Assembly: GCA_041686025.1 (NCBI GenBank)
Contig: JAWLEP010000027.1
Span: forward strand, 1-42,218
Length of the DNA: 42,218 nt
DNA from: Candidatus Fermentibacteraceae bacterium
GTDB lineage: Bacteria > Fermentibacterota > Fermentibacteria > Fermentibacterales > JCC-6
Reading direction: 5' to 3'
Shown here: positions 1 through 8,200 of the stretch, one piece after another
How positions within the stretch are numbered: the stretch's first letter is position 1
Layout of the letters: each line of letters opens with the position of its first letter
The notes under the pieces: model-generated
What the model was told of the DNA's origin: nothing
What the model saw: only the letters and a program-made list of their open reading frames with translations
Databases searched by the model: none
Program-made: the position numbers and the translations under genes

Positions 1-358
1 TGCCCATGGAATCGGCCAGGGTGCCGCCCTTCTCCACCTCCTGGGTGACGTCGTGTATGATGTTGGAAAAGGTCTTGTTCGTCTGCTGCCGCCCCAGGAT
101 CTGCAGGCAGTTGACCAGGGGAAGGCCGGCGTTGATCATGGTGGCGAACTGCCTGGTGAACCTGGCCAGGTCGGTGTCCTTGATGCCGGCGCCGAACTTG
201 CCCAGGGCGCTGAGGTCGAAGCCCTTGCCCTTCAGCTTCTCTATGGTTACGCCGCGGCGCTCCAGCAGCTCCCGGGCCTCGCGCTTGTTCTTGGCCGTGA
301 TCCTGCCCGAGAGCGTACGGTTCTGAACATTAGTGCCCGTCCACGCGAATTCCGGCAT
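1..358 (-). CDS. pilC: Type IV pilus inner-membrane platform protein PilC (GspF family), N-terminal part; runs off the window
   Basis: Not in the ORF track; read manually from ATG at 358: MPEFAWTGTNVQNRTLSGRITAKNKREARELLERRG...DLARFTRQFATMINAGLPLVNCLQIL...VEKGGTLADSM, the typical PilC N-terminus. Follows pilT. Confidence 0.93.
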   Translation of the reverse strand, partial: MPEFAWTGTNVQNRTLSGRITAKNKREARELLERRGVTIEKLKGKGFDLSALGKFGAGIKDTDLARFTRQFATMINAGLPLVNCLQILGRQQTNKTFSNIIHDVTQEVEKGGTLADSMG

Positions 359-370
359 ATCAACCCCCCG

Positions 371-1441
371 TTACAGTACGTCCCGACCCGTGACCATCAT
401 CTGCTCCAGCTCCACAGGATCCGGAGCCCGATCCAGGGCTACCTCTTTGGTAATCTCTCGTTTGGCGTATAGATTGTAAAGAGCCTGGTTCATGGTCTGC
501 ATTCCGAACTTGTGCCCCGACTGCATCATGCCGTAGATCTGGTGGAGCTTGTCCTCGCGGATGGCGGCCCGAATGGCCGGCGTGCATACCAGCGTCTCGG
601 CGGAAAGGACCCTGCCCGTCCCCCTGGCCCTGGGGACCAGCGTCTGCGTCAGCACACCGATGAGAACGAAGGACAGCTGGCTTCGAACCTGGTCCTGCTG
701 CTCTGCAGGGAAGGTGTCTATGATACGGTTTATTGATTCATAAGTTGAATTAGTATGGAGGGTGGCCAAGGTAAGGTGACCCGTCTCGGCAATGTTCAGT
801 GCCGTCATCATTGTCTCCTGGTCGCGCATCTCGCCTATGAGCACCACGTCCGGGTCCTGGCGGAGGACGTACCGCAGAGCCTTGGCGAAGCCGCCGGTGT
901 CCTCACCCAGCTCGCGCTGGTTTACTATCCCCTTGTCGTGGTGGTGTACGTACTCGATGGGGTCCTCGATGGTGACTATGTGCACCCTGCGGGTGGCGTT
1001 GACCTTCCGGATGATGGAGGCCAGCGTGGTGGACTTGCCGCAGCCGGTGGGGCCGGTGACCAGTATCAGCCCCTGCCTCTTGGACGCCATCTTCTTCACC
1101 ACCGGCGGAAGCCCCAGCTCGTCGAAGCCCAGTATCTCGTAGGGGATGGTCCTGATGGCGGCGGCCACGCAGCCCCGCTGCATGAAGACGTTGCCGCGGA
1201 AACGGGACAGACCCTTGATGCCGAAGGCGAAATCCAGCTCCTTGTCCTGCTCGAACCGCTTCTTCTGCTCGTCCTTGAGGATGCTGTAGACCAGGTCCTG
1301 GGTCTCCTGCGGAGTGAGGGGATCGTACTCCATCCTCTGAAGCTCGCCGTCTATTCTGATGGTGGGCGGCGCTCCCACTGTGAGGTGGAGGTCGGTTGCC
1401 CTTCGCTCCATCATCTCCCTCAGCAGCGTCTTTATGTTCAT
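371..1441 (-). CDS. pilT: Type IV pilus retraction ATPase PilT
   Basis: TDLHLTVG, Walker A GPTGCGKST, Asp box TIEDPIE, LRQDPDVVLIGEMRD, His box TGHLTLATLHT, AIRAAIRE (AIRNLIRE-like) and GMQTM motifs. Confidence 0.96.
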   Translation of the reverse strand: MNIKTLLREMMERRATDLHLTVGAPPTIRIDGELQRMEYDPLTPQETQDLVYSILKDEQKKRFEQDKELDFAFGIKGLSRFRGNVFMQRGCVAAAIRTIPYEILGFDELGLPPVVKKMASKRQGLILVTGPTGCGKSTTLASIIRKVNATRRVHIVTIEDPIEYVHHHDKGIVNQRELGEDTGGFAKALRYVLRQDPDVVLIGEMRDQETMMTALNIAETGHLTLATLHTNSTYESINRIIDTFPAEQQDQVRSQLSFVLIGVLTQTLVPRARGTGRVLSAETLVCTPAIRAAIREDKLHQIYGMMQSGHKFGMQTMNQALYNLYAKREITKEVALDRAPDPVELEQMMVTGRDVL

Positions 1442-1453
1442 ATCGTCCCCGTC

Positions 1454-3271
1454 CTAACCGGCCTGGGTCCCTTTTCCACTGCCTTTCTTCCTCTTCTTCT
1501 TCTGGATGGCGCGGTACTTCCTGGCGGCCAGCCTGACCTCTTCCTCGTCCTCGGCGGTGACCCTGGTAACCTCCTCCAGGGTGGTGATGCCGTTCTTCAG
1601 CTTCTCCACCGCGTCCATCCGCAGGGTGCGCATTCCGCGCTCCACCGCCATCTCACGGAGCCTTCCCGCGGGTGCCCTGTCTATTATCGCCTGTTTTATG
1701 TCCCGGTCAATCGAGAGGACCTCGTAGAGGCCTATCCTTCCCTTGTATCCGGTTCCCGCGCACCTCTTGCACCCCACCCCCCTGTAGGTGGTGCACCTGC
1801 GCAGCTCACGGGGGTCGATGCCGGCGGCCTCCAGCTCGGGGTCCTCGTACTGGTGCTCCTCCCGGCAGTACTTGCACACCCGGCGGACCAGCCTCTGGGC
1901 CATGATGGTCCGGATGGAGGAGGCCACCAGGAAGGGCTTTATTCCTATGTCCACCAGCCTGTTGATGGTGCTGGGGGCGTCGTTTGTGTGTATGGTGGAA
2001 AAGACCAGGTGGCCGGTGAGCGACGCCTTCACGGCGATGCTGGCCGTCTCCAGGTCCCTTATCTCCCCCACCATGATGATGTTGGGGTCCTGCCGGAGTA
2101 TGGCCCGCAGGGCCTTGGCGAAGTCGTAGCCCTTGGCGGTGTCCATCTGGGTCTGGGTGATGCCGTCTATGTTGTACTCCACGGGGTCCTCGGCGGTGTG
2201 GATGTTCACCCGCGGGGTGTTCAGGCCGCTGAGGGCGGAGTACAGCGTGGTGGTCTTGCCGCTTCCGGTAGGCCCGGTGACCAGCACGATTCCGTACGGC
2301 GACCTCACGCCCTTCATGAACTCCGCCAGCGCGTCCTCGGGGAAGCCCAGCTGCCGCAGGTCGAACTCCAGGTTGCCCCTGTCCAGTATCCGCAGGACTA
2401 TCTTCTCGCCGTTCACCGTGGGAACGGCGTTCACCCTGAAGTCTATTGTCCGGTTCTGTATGTTGGCCTTGATGCGGCCGTCCTGGGTCTTCCTCCGCTC
2501 GGCTATGTTCATCTTGGAAAGTATCTTCAGGCGGCTGAGTATGGGCCCCTGGACCTGCTTGGGCAGCCTGGCCACCTCCTGGCATGTGCCGTCGCGCCGG
2601 TACCGGATGCGGACGTACTTCTCGTAGGGCTCCACGTGGATGTCGCTCACCTCGGTGACCACCGCCCGGCCGATCATATCCCGGACGAACTTCACCACCG
2701 GCTCGTTCTCGTCCACGGTGGTGTACTCGTCCTCGTCCAGGTCCTCGTCCTCTTCGTCGGCGATCTCGAGGCTGTCCACCTCCTCCAGCTCGTCCTCCTC
2801 CTCGTCGTATTCGTCCAGCTGCTCCTCCACGGTGACCAGGTCGTCCACCTTGCCGTAGAGCTCGTCCAGGCTCCTGCGTATGGCCGAGGGGGCGGAGGCG
2901 AAGGGAATCACCTCCTTGCCTATGGAGAACTTCAGCTCGTCGAGGGCGTAGAGGTTGCCGGGGTTGGCCATGGCCACGTGGAAGCCATGGGGCGTGTCCT
3001 CAACCGGGATGATTATGAAGCGCCGGGCCATGTCCTCGGGGAGCTTCTGGGCCATCTCGGGGGGAATGTCCACCTCGTTGAGGTAGATGGGCTCCACGCT
3101 GTAGATGGAGGCCATGAACTCGGTGACCAGCTCCTCGGGCACCTTGCCGGTGGCCACCAGTATCTCCGCCAGCTCGGTCTCCCCGGGGCCGTACTCCTCG
3201 GTGATCTCCGTGATGTCGTCCTGGGTGACGATGCCGGCCTCTATCAGCATCATCGCCAGCCTGTTCAGCAA
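1454..3271 (-). CDS. pilB: Type IV pilus assembly ATPase PilB/GspE family, downstream paralogue (PilB2)
   Basis: SDIHVEP, AERRKTQDGR, GPTGSGKTT, TAEDPVEY, LRQDPNIIMVGEIRD, zinc motif CKYC...CKRC, GYKGRIG. Probable TTG start at 3271 with GGAGAGG RBS; the ORF track extends to 3337. Confidence 0.92.
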   Translation of the reverse strand: MLNRLAMMLIEAGIVTQDDITEITEEYGPGETELAEILVATGKVPEELVTEFMASIYSVEPIYLNEVDIPPEMAQKLPEDMARRFIIIPVEDTPHGFHVAMANPGNLYALDELKFSIGKEVIPFASAPSAIRRSLDELYGKVDDLVTVEEQLDEYDEEEDELEEVDSLEIADEEDEDLDEDEYTTVDENEPVVKFVRDMIGRAVVTEVSDIHVEPYEKYVRIRYRRDGTCQEVARLPKQVQGPILSRLKILSKMNIAERRKTQDGRIKANIQNRTIDFRVNAVPTVNGEKIVLRILDRGNLEFDLRQLGFPEDALAEFMKGVRSPYGIVLVTGPTGSGKTTTLYSALSGLNTPRVNIHTAEDPVEYNIDGITQTQMDTAKGYDFAKALRAILRQDPNIIMVGEIRDLETASIAVKASLTGHLVFSTIHTNDAPSTINRLVDIGIKPFLVASSIRTIMAQRLVRRVCKYCREEHQYEDPELEAAGIDPRELRRCTTYRGVGCKRCAGTGYKGRIGLYEVLSIDRDIKQAIIDRAPAGRLREMAVERGMRTLRMDAVEKLKNGITTLEEVTRVTAEDEEEVRLAARKYRAIQKKKRKKGSGKGTQAG

Positions 3272-3287
3272 GGTCTCAGCCTCTCCA

Positions 3288-5078
3288 CTATATGTTGGCC
3301 ACCGTCTCGCGGACCACTTCCTCGAAGGTGGTGACACCCTCCTCCAGCTTCCGCAGGGCGCTCTCGCGGAGGTTGACCATGCCCTTCCTCATGGCGGCCT
3401 CTTCGATCTGAATGCTGTTGGCGTCGGTCTCTATGAGGCCCCTGATCTCCTCGTCGATGGGCATGACCTCGAAGATGCCTATCCTCCCCTTGTATCCGGT
3501 GTTGTTGCAGGCGGAGCACCCGGTGCCCTCGTAGAAGGTAACCCCCTCCAGCCTCTCGGGAGGGACGCCCGCCTCCTCCATGGCCTCTTCGGAGATCTCC
3601 ACCGGGGTCTTGCACTCGGGGCAGATCTTCCGGATCAGCCTCTGGGAGGCCACGCAGGCCAGGGAGGTGCTGAGCATGTAGGGCTCGGTGCCGATGTCAA
3701 CCAGCCTGTTGATGGTGCTGGGGGCGTCGTTGGTGTGGGTGGTGGAGAGGACGAGGTGGCCGGTTAGGGCGGCGCGGATGGCGATCTCGCTGGTCTCCTG
3801 GTCGCGGATCTCTCCCACCATGATTATGTCCGGGTCCTGCCTGAGGTAGGCGCGCAGGGCGTTGGCGAACGTGAGCCCCACCTCGGGGTTCATCTGGACC
3901 TGGTTTACTCCCTTGAGGTTGTACTCCACCGGGTTCTCGGCGGTCATGATGTTCACGCCGATGTCGTTGAGCTCTGTAAGGGCGGAGTAGAGGGTGGTGG
4001 TCTTTCCCGAGCCGCTGGGTCCGGTGACCAGGACGATTCCGAACGGGCGGTGGATGCCCCTGCGGAACACCCGCAGGCTCTGGTCCTCGAAGCCCAGGCC
4101 ATCGAGGTCCAGTATCACCTGCGACCGGTCCAGCAGGCGGATCTCCACCTTCTCTCCGAAGACCGTGGGCAGCGTGGAGAGACGGAGGTCCACGAACCTG
4201 TCCCCCACCCGGACCTTCTGGCGGCCGTCCATGGGCAGGTGCTTCTCGGCGATGTTCATCTTTCCCAGGATCTTCAGGCGGCTGACTATGGCCTGGCGGT
4301 ACTTCCTGCTGGGCCTCATCACCTCGTGGAGGACACCATCGATGCGGAAGCGTATGCGGACGTACTTCTCGAAGGGCTCGAAGTGGATGTCGCTGGCCCG
4401 TTTGCGGACCGCGTCGGCGATGACGCTGTTCACCAGCTTCACCACCGGCGAGTCGGCCACGTCTATGTCCAGCTCCTCCTCGTCCTCATCCTCCTCGTCC
4501 TCCTCCACTATCATGGACTCGAAGACCTCGTCGCCCACCAGAAGGTCCTCCTCCGCCTCCTGCTGCAGGGGGAGACTGTCGTCGGTCTCGTCCAGGGCCG
4601 TGTCCTCGTCGTGACGGTCCATGATCTTGTCGGACTTGTCCACCGAAACGATGGCCTCCCCCTCGGGGAAGTACTTGCGGAGGGCGCGGAGCACCATGCT
4701 GGAGGCGCAGATGTGGCTCTCTATCTCCATACCCAGGGTGAACCGCAGGTCGTCTATGGCGTAGAGGTTGTCCGGGTCGGTCATGGCCACCACCAGGGTC
4801 TTCCCCACCCGCTGTATGGGGACCACCTCGTAGCGGCGGGCTATGTCTGCGGGAATCAGGTCGATCACGTCGTCGGGTATGTCCACCTCGTCGAGGTTGA
4901 CGCTCTCTATGCGGTGCTGCCGGGCCAGGTAGCTGTTCAGCTCCTCCTCGGAGATGGCCTGCATCTTGACCAGGTTGTAGCCCAGACGGCCGCCGTCGTC
5001 CCTCTGCTGCTTCAGTGCCTGCTCCAGCTGCTCGCGGGTTATCAGACCCGAGTTCAGTAGCATCTGCCCGAGCTTCAT
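3288..5078 (-). CDS. pilB: Type IV pilus assembly ATPase PilB with N-terminal MshEN domain (PilB1)
   Basis: N-terminal KLGQMLLNSGLITREQLEQALKQQ...RLGYNLV (MshEN), SDIHFEP, GPSGSGKTT, LRQDPDIIMVGEIRD, CPEC...CSAC, GYKGRIG. Confidence 0.94.
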   Translation of the reverse strand: MKLGQMLLNSGLITREQLEQALKQQRDDGGRLGYNLVKMQAISEEELNSYLARQHRIESVNLDEVDIPDDVIDLIPADIARRYEVVPIQRVGKTLVVAMTDPDNLYAIDDLRFTLGMEIESHICASSMVLRALRKYFPEGEAIVSVDKSDKIMDRHDEDTALDETDDSLPLQQEAEEDLLVGDEVFESMIVEEDEEDEDEEELDIDVADSPVVKLVNSVIADAVRKRASDIHFEPFEKYVRIRFRIDGVLHEVMRPSRKYRQAIVSRLKILGKMNIAEKHLPMDGRQKVRVGDRFVDLRLSTLPTVFGEKVEIRLLDRSQVILDLDGLGFEDQSLRVFRRGIHRPFGIVLVTGPSGSGKTTTLYSALTELNDIGVNIMTAENPVEYNLKGVNQVQMNPEVGLTFANALRAYLRQDPDIIMVGEIRDQETSEIAIRAALTGHLVLSTTHTNDAPSTINRLVDIGTEPYMLSTSLACVASQRLIRKICPECKTPVEISEEAMEEAGVPPERLEGVTFYEGTGCSACNNTGYKGRIGIFEVMPIDEEIRGLIETDANSIQIEEAAMRKGMVNLRESALRKLEEGVTTFEEVVRETVANI

Positions 5079-5150
5079 ATGTCCGGACGTACCTCTCGGC
5101 TGGGGTTTGCGCCATGGGCAAAGCGCTGTGATCCGCTCTATAGATGGTTA

Positions 5151-5179
5151 AGATTGACCAAAAGGCGAGTCGCTGTCAA
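5151..5179 (-). promoter_or_regulatory. Putative sigma70 promoter for the pil operon (TTGACA-17-CAATCT), overlapped by an ATTGAC-N16-GTCAAT inverted repeat
   Basis: Minus strand reads TTGACA gcgactcgccttttggt CAATCT, about 70 nt upstream of the pilB1 ATG. Confidence 0.55.
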
Positions 5180-5214
5180 TAAGGCGAAATGGCCGCCTGC
5201 GGGGCTTGACGGGC

Positions 5215-8200
5215 CTAGAAGTTGATGTTCACCCAGACGTTCATGCCCACGTCCCTCTGGTCGTAGAGGGAGTTCACCTTATCCTTCTTCCAGCCATATA
5301 TACCGGTAAGGCCTGCGGTTACAGAGCCGAAATCGTAGTTCAGAGCCGGTTCCATGCGCCATTCCAGCTTGTCGGACTGCACCTGATCGCCTTCGGGCAG
5401 CCCCAGGATCTCGCTCCTGGAGGTGGACCGGCTGAAGGACAGGCTGGTGGTCAGGTCGCTTTGGAAGCTCACCCGAAGACGGTCCAGCAGCGGAAGGGGG
5501 ATGGCCAGCCCCCCCGGAGCGCTGAAAGCGTACTGCAGCTTCACCTGGGCGCTGTTGCTGGCGCTGCGGGTCCTGGCTCCGGCCCCGGTGTAGTTTCTGC
5601 TGAGGGACACCGAGTTGTTGTCCGTAAGCGTCAGCTGGACATCGTTCTGCAGGGTGGCGCTGAAGCTCAGCAGCGGAGACCAGCTGGTGGTCTCGGTCCT
5701 GGAGGTGGGCACGAACTCACCCTGCTCGAACCGTCCCGACCGGTTGGTCTTGAACTGGTAGCTGGTGTTTACGCTGCCGCTCTGGAAGAGGTTCTCCAGG
5801 GGCCCCAGGCGCTCCACTCCGGAGAGGGAGACTTTCACCGACGGCCAGGTTGTGCTCTCCTGGCGGTTCCAGTACCCCGAGTAGTAGCTGCGGCTGTCGG
5901 TGTTGCTGTACTCCAGCCGCACGGACATGGCCGATACCGGCCTGATACCGCCGGAGACGGAGACGTTGTCGCTCTTGCTCCTCTGGTAGGCCTCCCTCTC
6001 CTCCAGCTCTGTCTGCAGGCCGAACTGGTACTCCGCGCCGGGAAGGCTGTCCATGTCCCGGTAGTCGCTTCCCAGGGTACGGCTGATGGTGACCTGGGGG
6101 TCGTTGAACTTGCCGGAGAGCTCCTCCAGCTTGATCAGCAGCCAGCGGGGGCTTCCCGGCTCGGCTTCCTCATCCCGGCGCTCGTCGCGCAGCCTGGCCA
6201 GCGACCGTATGGTGTGCACCAGCCCCACGCGGAGGTTCAGGCGCCTGGTGGTGGAGAGCGAGAAGTCGTACAGGCCCAGGCTGTCATCCCCGGAGGCGGT
6301 GTGCGGCGAGGGCCGTGCGCTTCCGTACTGGGCGTCGTAGCTCACCCGCGGCCGCAGGAAGTCCAGGAGGTTGATCTCCTGGGAGACGCTGGCGGACTGA
6401 CTGCGTTCCACCTCCCGGCCCACGTTGAAGGGCATGTCCCCCCTCCAGGGGTAGAGCAGGTCCCTGTCCACGTTCAGCGAGTAGTTGGTGGTCTGGCCCT
6501 CCCAGAGCCTGAAGCCCACCGAGCCGGTGGCTCGGAGGTCGCGCTTGAAGTTGTACCGCGTCTGCACGGTGTCGCCGGAGATGGACTCCCACCGCACCCC
6601 CCAGCCGTTGGTCCTCTCCACCGACCAGCCCACGCTGGTGGGCCGCAGGCGCAGGTCCCCCATCACCGGCAGGCGCAGCAGCCTCATCCTTCCCGGGTTG
6701 ACGCTGTAGGTGACCTTGTAGCGGCTGGAGGTGGAGGAGTCGGTGTAGGAGGGGGAGATCTTCCGGCTCCTTCCGTAGTTGTGCTGCAGGCTGAAGGCGT
6801 CCACCAGATACCTCATCAGGACCCGGTCCGACCTGCCGCTGCGGCGGAGGCTGATGCTGGTGTTCAGGCCGTTCTGGTCGGTCCTGTTCTCCCAGGACTC
6901 CTCCGGGTTGAGCCTGATGTCGGAGTTGGGCTGGAAGACGGGTTCGGTGATCTTCCTGCTCAGGGCGATGTTGAAGGGCATGGAGAGCGACCAGAGCGGC
7001 GGGGCGAACCGGTCCAGGTTCAGCGTGGCGCTTCCGGAGAGGTCGGTGGAGGCGTAGCCCTGTCCGCTGGTCTGGCCCAGGCCGTGGAAGTGGGCCCCCA
7101 TCTTCCGGTAGTCCCCGTCCAGCAGCAGGAGGTCGGCGAACTCCAGCTGGCTGCTGACGCGGTGGGCGAAGCCGGTCTCGCTGTAGGGCCGCCGGAGGGT
7201 GATGTCGTTCAGCCACACCTCGGTGGTCAGGGCCTGGGAGGTGTTGTTGCGGACGCCGGCGGACAGCTCCAGGACACTGGCGAAGTTGGGCTTGCCCCGG
7301 ACGGCGAGGTCGCCCTCCCGCAGGTAGTCGGCCTCCTCCATCCCATCCAGCGTCTCCTTGAGGTCGGTGAGGTCGTCGATGTCCACCTCCACCTCCTGCC
7401 AGCCCTGCTGCAGCCCCACGTTCACCTCGTAGTAGTTGAGGCTGTCTGTGCCCATGCGGAGGAAGAACTCCCCGGAGCCGCCGGACTCGCCGTGCAACAG
7501 GAAGCGGTAGCCGCTGTAGCCGGTGTAGTCCTCGTCGCTGTAGTAGACCTGGGTGGCCCTGCCCTCGTGGCCCGGCTGGATGGATACGGCCTCCAGCTTC
7601 AGCGCCTGCTCCAGCTTCTCGTTGCCCTGCTCGTCCTCCCCCGGATCTATCCCCGGCGGCGGGTCGGCTATGTACTCGGGGTTCTCCTTGTTGTTCACGG
7701 TGGACACCAGCAGCTGCTCGAAGGGCAGCACCTGGGGAGCTGGGCGCTCCTGCGCGAAGACGCCCCTCTGCTCCCAGCGGTTGCCCACGATGCTCATCTC
7801 GTACAGCTCCAGGGTATCGGGGGCGGTGAAGCCCTCCACCCAGATCCTGGCGAAGGAGATGTTCTCCCAGGTGGGCGTGCCGCTGACCTGCTCGGGCACG
7901 GAAATAAGGGTGCTGTCGCCCAGGGGTATCTCCACCAGCCTCCACCCGTTCTCGGGGTTCTCGGATACGATGTACTCCGGGTCGTCGTACGGTATCCTGA
8001 TTCGGAAGAAGAGATTGGAGGTGTCCAGGCTGCCGTTGCGGTTGAGGTCCTCGCTGTCCAGGCGGTTGTTGCGCTCGGTGTTGTTGATGTCCTCGTAGGG
8101 GTAGTTGGCGCTTCCGTAGTCGTCCTGGTTGGGGTCGGGGTTCTCGTCCTCGTCGTAGCCCGGCTCCTCTGAGCTCATCAGGTTGTCCAGGCCCGTGTCC

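Noticed and set aside
755..3334. Long + strand ORFs antisense to real genes (755-3334, 5206-8172, 8842-10806, 18305-20428, 32328-35207, 35123-37585, 38912-41443)
   Set aside because: Shadow ORFs expected in high-GC3 genes. The translations are rich in V/L/G/H/P with no recognisable motifs and exactly mirror well-supported minus-strand genes.
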